Below, in pieces: positions 1 through 13,634 of a DNA stretch of 64,000 nt; position 1 is the first letter of the stretch, and every line of letters starts with the position of its first letter. A program made the position numbers and the translations under genes. Source of the stretch: Bispira polyomma (Eukaryota); assembly GCA_965649765.1 (NCBI GenBank), contig OZ287750.1, positions 81,096,001-81,160,000 of the forward strand. Direction: 5' to 3'. Below the pieces are notes generated by a model, which saw only the letters and a list, made by a program, of their open reading frames with translations, searched no databases and was not told the origin of the DNA.

Positions 1-265
1 TGTACTGGACATTGACACCAGTGGAGGCTGCTACATCGGTCACACCAGCATGGCCCACAAGGCTGATATCCATGGTACTGCTTGGGTGGCTGACAGCTAC
101 TTCCATGGTGTAGTTATGGTTGCCATAGTAATGGTTGCCATCATCTGCTACCCGGGTGCTGATGGTGAGCTTGTCGGATGGGTTGTTGCTGTATTCCAGT
201 TCATGCTTGCAGGAGAAGTACACATGTCCATCACCCATGGTCATTTCATTTCGTACCACAATGTC
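1..265 (-). CDS. LLTP exon 19, partial (DIVVRNEMTMG...GVNVQY), runs off the window
   Basis: CAG acceptor at 266-268, phase 0, open to position 1. Confidence 0.88.
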
Positions 266-638
266 CTGGATTGTGAAAGAAGATGTACAATAATATATAA
301 TCTTTATATGTCTGCATTGTGGAAGACACAGTGCCACATAGCTAAGAAGAATACAACAGAAGAGAATCCAATTGTGGGAAGAAAATAGGATTTGAACTTT
401 AATGCTTACCGAATTATCTGATAGATTGGCAAAAAAAGTAAAAAAAAACAACTGCAATAAAGATATTATGCTATATAAATTATGATATATAAATTAAAGA
501 GGAATAATTTAATTCTAGGATTTTAGTCTCAATATGGAAATTAAATTATCTGGTAGTTTGCCAACTAAAGGTTTATTCTGCTTAAAAAACATACTTCTTT
601 ATGTCAACCAGCTCATGTGATGATGTATAATCACTCAC

Positions 639-3600
639 CCTGTTAAAAGCTGGGCAGCTGATAGTTGTCTCTGAGGAGCGGGTGTAGGTGTTCGTCTTTT
701 GCAGGACATTCTTCACAGTCAGAGACTTGCTTCTGTCCCGGCTTGCATCCCAGCTGACTGTGGCTTCAGTGGTCATACCATTGGCACTTGTAGACTGCTT
801 TACACTGGTCTCCATGGATCTAATAGGAGTTACCAAGGTAGCGGTGGCATCAATAGCAGATTCACTTGGTCTGTTGATATCGATCAGGTAAGACACTTTC
901 CTGTCTCTGGCCTCATCCCATGTCACTTCTGAGGACTGCTTGAACTTTGTAGTAGATAGTTCCACTTCCATTGCAAGACCGATGGTGCGTGTTGGCAAGG
1001 CGGCTCTAATGCTTCCTTGTTTCACCAGGGAATATCTGCTGCTCTCATCCTTGTGCATGAGATCAACCATCACATTGCTGCTACTACTTGCTTTGTTCCA
1101 GTTCACCATGATTGAGCCCTCTAGGTCATTCAGGGATGGTTTGGTCAACCTGTAAGAAGCTTCCATTTGCAGGGGGAGGTCCATCTTCAGAAAACCATTC
1201 TTTGTGGTCCATAAATAGCTGACATCTACTGGATATGGCTGCTGCATGACAAAGGAGCCTTTCTTTGGTGTTACATCATATGCCACATCAATAGGATATG
1301 GTTTCACCATTTTGAGAGATGCACGGTTCCACTCAAAGTTGTAAGCAGTATCAATGGGATATGGGTTGATCATCTTCAAATGGCCATCTGTCATTGTCAT
1401 TGTACCTTCTACATCAATGGCTACTGGGTTCACCATCACAAAAGATCCGCCATTTCCAAACCACTTGTACTCTGCATTTACCTTGATGGGTGAATTGATG
1501 TTCAGGGAGTGACCCTCAGCATTTACAGTATAACCGGCATCTACACGGATGGGGTTTCTCATACTCACAGACCCTCCAGTCTGGTCAAGGCTGTAAGCGG
1601 CATCGACAGCATATGGCTTGGTGATTTCCACAGAGGCACCGGTTGGCGTAAGTTCAAACCCTCCATGCAGCTGGTATGGTTTGTCTACACTGAGAGATAC
1701 AGAATTACCAGTATATTCACAACTTGCTTCAATTGCGATTGGCTCTTTTACGCTGACTGATCCACCATTCCTGGAAAGACTGTAGCTTGCATCAACAGTT
1801 AGGGGATTTTGCATGTTAAACGATCCACCATTTCTGTTATAGGTATAGCTAGCATCTGCCTGAAAGGGTTGTGTCATTACAAATGATCCACTCTCACGGC
1901 TGAGATCAATTCTTGTGTCAATCTGGATGGGGTTTTGCATTTGGAGTGATCCACCATTTCCAGTGTATGTGGCAGCTACATCAATCTCAAAAGGCTTCCT
2001 TAGGTTTAAAGATGCTCCTTGTCTACTTAGAGTATATTGTCCATCAACTTTAATGGGCCCAATTATTCTCACTTTACCACCATTTCTGTCGGCCTCATAT
2101 GTTGCATCCATTCGATAAGGCTTTTGCATGGTCATTGACATACCCTGATCACCATTGGTATAGGAGGCATCCACTTCAAAAGGATGTTGCATGTTAAAGG
2201 AGCCACCATTACGGTCATTGTTGTAATTAGCAAGAACTTTAACTGGTCCAGTGATAGTAACTGTGCCAGTTCTTCTGTTCAATAATACTTTTGAGTCCAC
2301 AATACGTTTGCTGTTGTAATCGATGGTCACACTATTATCAACCATTACAGAGGAATGCTGATGTGCAGCTGCCACATTGAATTCCTTGAGTAAGGAAAAT
2401 GGAGTTGTTATTGCTAAGCTTGCTCTGGCATCTAAATTTGATCGATCACCACTGTACGAGGCCCTGAGATTCAGCTGTAAGGCTTTAGAGGGAGACCAAG
2501 TCATCTTTCCGGCACTTTCTATGCTATTACCTTGGATGGTATTTCTAAATTCCACAGATTTCTCACTCATAAAGGGAGCGTTCAGAGTAACACTTCCAGA
2601 GACTGGTATTCCGTTGTCTGACTGATACATTACATTCCCTGCAATCTGTTGACCATCAGCCCAACTGAGAAGAATCTTACTTTCTAAATCATTAACGCCC
2701 TGTCTGTGGTGCATCTCTGCAGCAAGACTCTCAAACCTTCTAAAGGGACTGGTAAAGCTGATTGTTCCATCCATTGACTGCACACCCTTGGACATGTCTA
2801 TTTTAAATGCAATAACCTTGTTGGCTGCATACTGAATTTGTGCCACAGTGTTTATGACTCTGTTGTTGCTTACATGATCAAATGTTATAGCCACATCTTC
2901 AAGTCCCCTGATGTTGGTTTTCAAGTTGGCTGTCACACCACTGGCAGTCTGCAGACTTAGCATTCCTTCAATGGAATATTCCTGGGGCAGAACGATGGCT
3001 ATCTCAGTTTTCATATTGTCCAAGCCACCCTCTTGTTTAGCATGCACCTTGATGTAATCGAGTCTGGCAAAGGGTGTTCTGATCTCCACTGTAGCCTCCA
3101 TGTCGGTGAGTCCTTGGTACTTAGCAGTCACACTGGCAGAAATCTGTCGGCCATTAATGGAACCCTTTATTGCTGATGTCAGCAAGCCATTTGTCATCTG
3201 GTTTTGGATCTTAACTGTAATCTCTTCGTAGCCCCTCAATGGTGTAGTGATATCTATATTACCATTACCATTGGCATACTCAAGTTTCCCTGACATACGT
3301 GTCCCAAACAAGTTCATGTCAGCTGATGATGACACAGTCTGGCCACTCATTTGATGTGAGAATTCTACAGACATTTCCTCAAACCCTGGTAGAGCGGTTG
3401 TGACTTTTAACTTTCCATTAGGACTCGAGCCAATGTTCATAGTGAGGGTACCAGTGAAAGCTTTGGTACTTCCATAAGTCATCTCAGCTTGGCAATTGAT
3501 GTCATCTCCTTGGAACTGATGCTTCACAGCTAGAGCCATATTTTTTAACGGTGTTTTTAGGTCAACATTTACGTTGAGGCGGGAGTAGAACTTGTAGCTG

Positions 3601-6600
3601 ATGTCTAGTTCTATTTTCTTTCCTGGCCTATAGGTAACTTCACCATGAGCAATGTACACATTCTTCATGTTTCCTTTTTGGTTGAATTTCACACCAATCT
3701 CTTCATACTGTCTAATGGGAGTTGTGATAGTTGCTTCAAGCTCAAACGGTTTTCTATTTAATGTGCTGTCTACAGCATACTTCTTTCCACCAACTGTCAC
3801 TTCAACATGATCTTGCATTTGGTCACTCTCTCCATTGTGGGTAAAGGCAATGTTGATGGTCTTGGCTCCCTTTAGAGGTGTTGTGAGTGTTACAGATCCA
3901 GCCATTGGGTTTGCTTTGAATTCCACTTCAGCCTTGTAGTTTCCTTTGTTATTGTATGAAAGTTGAGCAGATGACTGGAAATTTGACATGTCTCCAGTGT
4001 GATCAAAATTCATGTTCAGGCTCTGTACAAGAGGGAAAGTTGTTTCAAGCTGCAAATTACCTTGTGTGGGAGTCAGACTGAATGTCACATCAGTTTTGTA
4101 GTTATTACCATTGTAAGTCACATCAACTACACTTTTGAAGTTACTTATTTCACCATCAAAGTTGACCAACACACGCAGACTTCGCAATTTCCTTAGGGAT
4201 GTTTGTACATTTACCTCAACTTCAGTTGGTCTAGCATTAACCGAAAGATCTCCAGAGAAACGTTGTATTCCATCAACCTTGACAATCCCATTGCATGTGA
4301 ATTGTCTCAGGCTTCCTGTGTGTATATAAGTTAGATCTAGGGACCTTGTAAATGGGCTCTCCAATTGTAGTTCCACTGTAATACCAGATGTTAGGTCAAG
4401 TCTCAGCCCAGTTTTAACCAGCTGTCTATTGTCTTTTGAAAGTTCAAGGCCACTACGGAAATTACTCACAGAACCATCAAAGGAAGCATGAACCTCAGCA
4501 GATGTAGTTGGCAGTTCGATTTTTAGTGTCACATCAATAGGCTCTATCTGACCATTGGCTGTCACTTTGAAGGTATTGTCATTAATCTTCACCTCGGTTT
4601 CACTTCTTAGCTGTCCATTTGTTATACTGTGATCAAAGCTAAGCTGCAAGTCTTTCAGGTATGGACAACTGCTCTGGAATAATAAGTTCCCTTTCCATAG
4701 CTCAAGGTTTCCTTCAAAGACAGCTGTTCCCAGAATGTTATGGTTAAATTCCACACGTGTCTTGAAAGAAGACAATGTTCCTTCACTTTGAGCTGTAAGA
4801 GAGAGTGTTTCCAGGTACTCGAAAGGTGTCGACAACTCAAACTTGAAGATGTATTTTGGAATCATTCCCAAGGAGGTATCTAGTTGCCATTTTCCAAGAT
4901 CATTCGGATTCACAATTACATTGGTATGGAAACCACTGAGTGTCATCTCATGCATAAAGTCAATGTCAAGATTTCTCATCACATCAAATGGGGTTTTAAT
5001 TGCTAAGTTGGCAGTGATTACTGGTGTTCCTTCCATAGAATATCTTTTCTGAAGTCTGGTGCTCATTAGCATGGCTCCCATGGCATTGTGATCAAAGCTA
5101 GCTTCAATGTTGTACCCTCCATCGATTGGTTCAGCCTTCATCTGCATAGCTAGACTCTTCAAAATGCTGAAAGGAGTTTTCAGTTCAAAACTAGCCATGG
5201 GATAAGGATTAGTGAGTACTGCATAGGAGCACTGCACACTACCCAGCATGTTGTGTGAGAATTCAGCGTCAACCTTTGAGTCTTCACTTTTCACAGTCAG
5301 TTGCACATTTTTCATCATTTTAAAGGGAGTTTTCAGTTCAAAAGTACCCATGGTATATGGTTCAGTCTGTATAGCCCCGGAAGATGTCATGGTACCCAAC
5401 AGATCATGTGAAAATTCAGCATCAACCTTAGAATCGTCCTTCTTCACAGAAAGCTGCATGCTTTTAAGGAGACTGAAGGGCGTTTTTAGCTCGAAGCTAC
5501 CTATGAAGTGAGGGTCAGTCTGTAGGGAACAAGAACACTGCATGGTGCCTATCATATTGTGTGAAAATCCAACATCAACATTGGTTTTGTCCTTTTTAAC
5601 CGTGAGCTGCACATTTTTCAACCATTTGTTTGTACTTGTGATGGAGAAGACCCCAATGACTTCTGTGGCACTCTTCGTCACTTCCCCTGTGTATCTGAAT
5701 CTTCCGATGTTGTTATGCTGCACTTCAATAAAGGTTGTCATTGGCTGTTCATATTTCACTGTCACTTCCAAAGATTTCATATATTTAAAAGGGGTAGACA
5801 GCTGGAACTCCGCTTCAATGCTAGGCTCTCTTTGAAGAGATCCACTGACATCCATGATTTTCCAGATCTTGTTACTAAATGCAAACGATGTCTTTCTCTT
5901 GTCATGGCTAAACTGAAGCTTTACTTTGGGTGTTTCATTTTCTTCAATAGAAAACAGGCCTGCAACAGTGTTAACAGTTGTCATCTCTCCCTTATATTCT
6001 AACAGTATGCGTCCAGATTCACTTAATGTTAGGCTGTTTTTGAATTCTGTCGCACCACCCTCATGATGAAAAGCCAAGACAGTTTCTATGTTATCAGATT
6101 TTAAGGTGAAGGTACCATCAGCTGGATTGCTGTTCCACTTTCCAGAGTATTCCAGTTTGCCTCTAATAAAAGAACTAATGTCAAATGTAGCAGAATTTTC
6201 AAAGGCACTCAAATCACCGGTATGCTTCAGTGTTACCACATTTTCAGAATTAGGGGTGTTGAACTTCACTACACCATCCAGTGGATTAAGGTTAAGGTTA
6301 ACGGAGACTGACATCAACTCACCATTAATTGTGAGACTTCCTGAAGATTGTAGGATACGGTCCGTCAACTTGTGACTAAATTCTATAGACACAGACCTGA
6401 CTTTAGCGAAAGGTGTAGTGATGCCAATGCTACCTGCACATACTCTGTCAAACTGGAACTTAGTAGCAGAAGTAAACTGAGCGTTCCCACTGTACTTTAT
6501 TACAATATTGTTCTCAAAATTATTCCATGGTCCCGAATGAGTAAAAGATACACCTACATCTTCAAAGTACTTCCATGGTGTCTGTAACGTGAAATGACCC

Positions 6601-9600
6601 TCAGTTGGTGTGAATGCCACATCCACAATAATATTGATATATTTGTACTTTATTTCAGCTGCGGTGGCAAACTCCATTGGGTTAAGGTTGCATTTGACAG
6701 AGGCTGTCATGGTCTCATCGTTAATTTTGACACTTCCTGAGGTTCGAAGAATGCGGCCTGTCAGTTTGTGGCTGAATTCTACAGATAGAGTCCTGACTTC
6801 GGTGAATGGTGTTGTGATGTCAATATTGCCTTCCCATACTCTGTCAAGTTTGAGCTTTGTAGCGGTAGTAAACTGAGTGTTTCCATTATACATCATTTCA
6901 ACATTGTTCACAAAGTTGTTCCAAGGGCCAGCATGAGTAAAGGTGACAGCAACATCTTTAACATACCGCCATGGTGTCTGCAGCTTGAAATGTCCTTCAG
7001 TTGGTTTGAATGCCATGTCAAGGTTGATTGTAATAGACTTGTACCTTATATTAGCAGTGGTGGTGATTTCCGGCAAATTTGTGACATGGTTAATCTCAGC
7101 TGTGAATCTATTCATGAAGCTGCTTTCAAAGTTGATGTTGCCCCCAATTTTGTTTGTGGAATCAAATGTTACCTGGATACCAGCATTGTTGGCACTGTTA
7201 TGTTCAAAGTTGAAGGAAGTAAAGAACTTTCTCAAACTACCAGAGAATTTTATGTTTGCTGAGAGGGTTCTAAGAGCTCTGAATGGTGTCTTTAATTCCA
7301 TCTGGCCTTCAATGTTTGGACTCGTGCTCAGATCACCAGTCAGTGTCATAGTTTTCCTGCCATAGGTAGCTTCAGTTTTGTGGTTAAAGTTGTAGGTACC
7401 ATCATGATCAATCGTAATTTTAACATCCTTTATCAGCTTAGGAGCAGAAACTTCTAATGCAGCATTCAAACCTGAAGCAAGCTTCCAGTTAGCACCTACA
7501 TGAATTGTGGCCTCTGTTCCTGGGGCATATTTCATGTCAATGTTGGTGGTCATATCTGTGGCTTGTCCAGTAGCATCAACATTCACTTCAAAAAGTTTAT
7601 GGAATTCGTCTGATCTAAATTCAAATTTTGCTGAAATTGGCAATGTTGTTGTCAGGCTTCCATCATATGTACCTACTGTTGTACCATCAACAGCACAGTC
7701 AATATGGTTAGTGAATGCTCTGTGGTCACCATGGTGATTGAAGTTAATTTCCACACTTCTAGGTGCTGACAGGAGAATTTGGCCACTCACATCTGTCAGA
7801 CTTGCCAGGTTAAGTATGCTGTTGAGTGTAGCTTGATAGCCTGGAAGGTTGGCACTTAGTGCTGTCACATATTTGCTGTTTGGCTTAGCTTCATGGCTAA
7901 GAGTGATACCGGCTTCTCTGAATGCATCAAAGCTACTTTCAACCTTCATATTGGTAGTCAAGCTTGATGGTGTATATTTAAAGTTTACATTGCCATCCAC
8001 AGAAAATGTTTCACGGTTGAGTGTTATTTCACCTTTTAAGTTGCTGTTGAAATTGCTCCAGCTGCCCAAATGACCAGCTTCTACATAGAGATGGCTAAAC
8101 TTGGTGAAAGGAGTTTCAATTCTTAATGATCCAGACTGGTCTGCAGTGTTCACCTTAAATTCTTTCTCAATCTTTCTCTGGGGAGCATAGGTTACTGCCT
8201 TGTAATATGTATACTCACTAGGGGTTGGGTGTTTCATATTTCCTTCATATTTGATGTTCTCAAAACCTCTAAATGGGCTGGTCAATATAAGAACTTCACT
8301 GGCATTATCATCTGCTGAAACTCCATTGTAAGTTGCTTGCATTCTTGTTCCCGGATATTCCACAACAAGGACAGAGTCTATTTTATAACTATTGGTGTTT
8401 TGGATATCATTCGTCACTGTCAGTGCAAATCTATCAGCATTTCCAAAAGGTGTAGTAAGTTCAACTAATCCATCTACATTTCCATTGGACCACTTTAAAT
8501 TCCCAGTTACGTCCAGTGAACCCTTCCTAATTTGTGTGCTCAATTTGGTCTTTGTGTCAAAAGCATGCTTGTCTCCCGAATGGTCAATATTGATGCTTGC
8601 ACCTTTAAACGCTCTGAAGGGGGTAGAAATTGTAGTAGCCAAATGCACTCCATTAGCCATAGAAAATTCATTGGTAAGTGTTATCTTGCTATTTGGATTT
8701 ACTTGCACTTCTGCAGTTGTGGTGAACATTTCTCCACTTCTGATGTGACTAAATTTTCCTCCGACATTTTGCACTCCATCAAAGGGTGTTTTCAGTACCA
8801 GGTCTCCTGTTATGGTGTTGTATCCTCCGACTACATAGTTGGCTGAAAGAGTAATGGGCTTCCCAGCAATCTGTGAGTCAACCTGCACTTGTCCATTACA
8901 GTCACTTCCCTGGCCTTCATGCATAATGCTCATGGACACAGATGGGATCATTTGGAAGGAGGTCTTGCAGTCACCTGAAAGTTTAAATTGGCTTGGTGTA
9001 TTCATGAAGTGTGTTTCAATATCAACATTTTCTCTGTTGTGTTGGTATGTTAGTTTAGAAACATATTCAGATTGCTGCAAGTGATGTTCAATAGAGATCA
9101 TTTCACTGCGAACAGCTGTGTAAGGTGTGGTTAGTGAGGCTCTTCCACTGATGTCATTGACTCCATTTACTGTCAATGCTCCTGTATAGGTTATTTCTGC
9201 ACCATCCATCACAAAGTTCATGTCTGACTGATGTTTGATCTGATCCCTAATTACTGTATTGTCTGTGGACACACTCAGTGATCTGAAGTAGGGGCAGGGA
9301 GCAGTTAACACAAGACTTGAGACAAGACCAGAACTCATTCCAAAGGTAACCTTTCCACTGATAACCTTGCTTGGTGCATATTCAATGGTCAATCCAGTTT
9401 CAGTTTGCCTGCTATTTACTCCATATGTTGCTCCAACAGTGACTTTCTCTACTGGTCTGAAAGGTGTAGTGAGAGTGGTGATTGTGTTAAATCCTGAGGC
9501 CTCAACAACATACTCATGCATTAGAGTGATAGATTTACCGGGCGCCCACTTTACTTCAATCTGACCATTTCCGTTATCCATTTTCAGATCTATGGAGATG

Positions 9601-11838
9601 TCTTCTGCTTTTGGAATAATGCTTTTAAATGCGATATTGCCAGTAGGTTTCCTTCCTCCGTTAAATGAAGCAGTCAATGAGGCCATTTCTTTACTGTTGT
9701 AGTTCACTGTAGCATCTGCACTGAGCATACCTCTTTGCCATTCATAATTCACTGATCCTCCAGTTGACCTCACAACTTGGAATGGAGTTTTTAAAGACAC
9801 TTTAGTATTTAGCTGGTGAGAGTCTGAGGTAAACATCATTTTGTGTGTCAGGTCCAGCTCCATTTTCTTGCCGCTCCATTCAATTTCATTCTTAGAGATG
9901 ATGCTACTAAAACCTTCAATATCTTGGTCCCAAGCTGCTGAGGCAGACTGCATTGGTGTCACAACTGCCACTCTACCTTTGTTCTTCAGCATTCCAGATC
10001 TCATTTCATGTGTCATAGTGAAGTCCACGCTGGCTTTCTTTACACCCCATTGTACCATGCCATTACTGGTGTACTGGTTATCATTGACTTGGTGTGCAAC
10101 TGTCACTGTCAAATCACTGGTGTATGGTGTCTTCAGCCCGAAGTTAGCCTCAATGTCTCTGGTGTTGTATCCACCCTTGTTTTTGCCACCAAGATCAATC
10201 TCTACCTTCTTACTCTGCCATTCCACTTCCATGTGCACAGTAGGTTCCCTAACATCAGCTGATCCAGACACACTCAAAGCGATGGGTTCTGTGTAAGGGG
10301 TTTTCACTTGTAAATTAGTTTCTACCTTACTACCCTCTAGCTTTCCACTGACATCAAGCTCCACCTTCTGGCCCATCAGTTCAGCCTCAACATGGGAAAT
10401 TAGGTTGGTACCATCGTATGAGCCGGTTCCATGGATGGCAATGCTCTGCATCTTTTCACATGGTGTTGTCAGCTCCAGATTGCCTTCAATGCGGGCTTCA
10501 TCAATAATGGCATTTCCTTTCAGTTGAATAGTGTCGGCATTTCTTGCGACGGCCCACAGAATAGACTTCTCTTTGCCCTCAATATCATGATTACCTGTCA
10601 GTACGAAACGCTCATAGCCTGAGAAAGGTGTGTGGACTGTAACTGAACTTTCAATGTGCCTCCATCCTGATACCATCTTCATACTAGCATCTGAGCTCAG
10701 GGATTTCACACAGGTTACATCAATGTGACTGCTCAGCTCTTGTCTCTCTTTCTTAATGTCAGCATTCATTTCGAAACCTGGGGTCCAAGAAGTGATAACC
10801 TTGGAATGCATCCACATGGCTGCTGGCCTCATGCCACCTTTCACATCTATGGTGGCCATGGTATTGCCATTCCACATGACATCTGAGTGATGGTCAATTT
10901 CATTCTCAGTGACGGTATTGGTGAAGGTAACCTTTGCATTCATTCTGTTCCTGTTCATCTGTACCATTCCTTCATGTTTGTCACCTGCCAGAAGCAGATT
11001 ACCATTGATGGCAAATGTATTGGTATTCCTGTTCACTTCTAGCTCTACAGTTTTAAGTGGACTGATCAGGTCATGACTTCCAGATATGGTCAGACGTTCG
11101 ATTACACTGAATGGGGTATGCAGAGTGATGCTCCCTTCCATGTTTTTCCAGCCGGTCTTTGGTGTTACGCTAATGTCAGCACTGATGGTCTTACCATAGC
11201 CAATGTCAAAGTGTCCTTTCGTCTCCTGCCTTGCCTTCTCTGCATTTGCGTTGATGGTCACATCCCTGAAGAAAGGTGTTGACATTTTGATTTTGCCTTG
11301 CACTGAAGTGGCAGTCTTGCTTCCATCGAGATCAACAGAGATGCTCTTTCCTGCTGCCCATGTCAGTTCTGAATGGTGGGTGAGGGACATTCCATCCATT
11401 TGCTGGTTACCAATGAGGCTTATTTCCTTTCCTGGATAGGCAACTTTAGCCATACCTTCAAAATTGCCAGGATTCATGACTACTTTTCCATCAATGCTCA
11501 CCTTTTTACTGGCATCACGATCGGCATCCCACATGGTACTTAAACTTCCTGAGTAAAGCTTTTCTGATGCGCTTACCTCACCTTCAAGAACAACATGCCT
11601 TTGTGGGATTGTAAGGTCATATTTACCAGACATTTCAATCTTTCTTGGCCTCAGGTCATACTTGTATTCAACCGCGGTGGAGTAGGATTGTCCATCGTGG
11701 GTGAGATCTAGTCTACCCTTCAAGTCATCTAACTTCATTGTACCTTCACCTGACAGTATGGTCATAGCTCCACTTGGGCGGTAGATCTCTGTCCTTAATT
11801 GGTGGTTTAGTCCGTCAATGGTGTAAGTAGTGACAGCT
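639..11838 (-). CDS. LLTP exon 18, giant 11,200-nt exon (RAVTTYTIDG...CPAFNR)
   Basis: Lies inside ORF 582..11897. CAG acceptor at 11839-11841, GTGAGT donor at 633-638; phase 2-0 fits both neighbours. Confidence 0.92.
1137..2270 (-). repeat. Coding tandem array of 18 x 63 nt (21 aa) inside the giant exon
   Basis: Units such as GGSFNMQHPFEVDASYTNGDQ and GGSFNMQNPLTVDASYSLSRN; Pro at position 9 in all 18; span is exactly 1134 nt. Confidence 0.92.
5170..5628 (-). repeat. Coding tandem triplication of about 3 x 153 nt (51 aa)
   Basis: FELKTPF three times with SKVDAEFSH/NVDVGFSH units at offsets of 153 nt. Confidence 0.85.
6276..7067 (-). repeat. Coding tandem duplication of 2 x 396 nt (132 aa)
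   Basis: PTEGHFKLQTPWRY vs PTEGHFTLQTPWKY, GPWNNF twice, EFSHKLTxRIL twice; CCATGGTGTCTG at 6573 and 6969 (offset 396). Confidence 0.9.
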
Positions 11839-12443
11839 CTGTTAAAAAGAATAGATAAAGATGTGTGTAAATTATTGATATATTTACAGTATGGCAAAAT
11901 TTACTAAATGTTTTACCAACATCTGTGATAAAAAGTTGTTTTAAACAAATTTTCCCCAGTAAAACTATCTACAAGATTCCATTTAAATTCTAAAGTAAAG
12001 CTCCTGCATTTAGTACAGTAGAACCCTTATTATCGAAAAAATTCTATAATACGAATATTTGATTTTATGAATACATTTCTACTACCACAAAGTTATCTTT
12101 CGCTAGAGTCATATACTAAAATTATTCTTTTATTTTACAAACCTGAATGATACAAATATTATTCAAACCTACCTAACTAGCTTATTCTATATGTGTATTT
12201 CAGTTATTTTCATGTTTGTATCTTACTATGTTAACCTATGTAAAATACCTTTCTCAAAATGATTCTCTTTATTTATTACAAATCAAAGGTTCCATCAAAT
12301 ACACTGATATTTTGAATTACATGCAACTCGCACCAAAACATTTTTTTCAGCGATTTTGAAGCGAATGTCTGAACACTCTAACCACTAGGTCACAGAGACC
12401 ACATATCGCTCTTATCACATGCTCGCTCTTCAACTGTTCTAAC

Positions 12444-12627
12444 CTGATCTTTCTTCCAGTCTGCCACTGCATCAGCATCTCCTGAGTGAAGACATTGGTT
12501 TGGGTTTCCTCAATTGAAGAGACCAACCTCATCTCTCTGCCGGGATAGCTCAGTTGGATGTCTCCTTTAGCTTCCAGTGGACTCGTGGTCACTCTGTGTA
12601 GACTGGCATCAAGGTTGACTGATTTAC
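12444..12627 (-). CDS. LLTP exon 17 (GKSVNLDASL...GRKI)
   Basis: 184 nt, phase 1-2. The acceptor is an uncommon AAG, but joining gives YTPGK, which matches the recurring (Y/W)xPGK turn motif of the protein. Confidence 0.8.
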
Positions 12628-13086
12628 CTTGGTTTTTGTACAAAATAAAGTATTTATGTTCATTGTTGAGGAGAAAAAAATAAAATCTAAGAAATCTAGC
12701 TGTATATGTTGTACTTCGAAAATTCACTGACCTGGACAGCTCTATGAATCATCAGTGGTTTCGATTTTTATAATATTTAATGTCAACTTCCTTTGATGTT
12801 TTAACGTCAGATAGACAAACAGTTTAAGAGATCATCCTTTATTGGCCAAATAAAGGCTGCAAATCAGGTGCGATGATAGGCATAATTCAAATTAACCCTA
12901 ATGCCATCCTTTGATTTCCAAATACAACTAAAAGCTCAAGAACTACATTTCTGTAATGAAATTCCAAAATCTAAACATTTTACAATTACTAAAATTACTA
13001 AATTACTAAAATTTTAATGAAATTAATTAACACAGATATAATTAGGATAAATTAATTTGCCATACCAATCTAATATTTTCACTTAC

Positions 13087-13171
13087 CTGGAGTGTATGTA
13101 ATTACAGCTTGTGTGTTGAGATCAGTGTAGAGTTTGTGTGAGTGAGCGATCTTGCTGGCAAAGTCAACATT
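13087..13171 (-). CDS. LLTP exon 16 (NVDFASKIAHSH...TYTP)
   Basis: 85 nt, phase 0-1, poly-T TAG acceptor, GTAAGT donor. Confidence 0.87.
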
Positions 13172-13634
13172 CTAAAAAAAAGAATTAAAAAAATGCATTT
13201 TGAGCTTAAGTTTGAAATATATAAAACAAAATTGTGATAGAAAAAGCAGAAACCCCTTTCTGAAGGCCACAAACACAGTTAATTAAAGAATGGCACTGTT
13301 TAAACTAACATCCCTTTCTATTGAATACCCCTACTGATCAAGACACTCAAACATCTTTCAGTAGGACTTTGTTATGTCACTTTAACTTTTATGGGAAAAA
13401 CGAAAGAAACTCTGTTGTCCCACAAAGACATTTTCCCTTCACAATCTGCCTTGGAAGTCCTGTTTAAGAAGAGGTGTTTGTCCTGGTCCCTTAATGTTCA
13501 AAGTTAAGAAGTTTCAACTGTACTATTATCACTGATTTTGCAACTTACGACTTTCAAAATATATTTTGTTTTACGTTGTCTCGTATTATTAGCCTGAAAA
13601 AGGCTATATTATGGATATAGAAACCCCCTCTTAC

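Noticed and set aside
50-11439. Many plus-strand ORFs of 60-150 aa
   Set aside because: They are antisense shadows of LLTP coding exons, with no motifs or splice support of their own.
582-11897. The 3771-aa ORF as a stand-alone intronless gene
   Set aside because: Its first ~19 and last ~18 codons lie outside good splice sites; it is an internal exon (639-11838) whose phase fits its neighbours.
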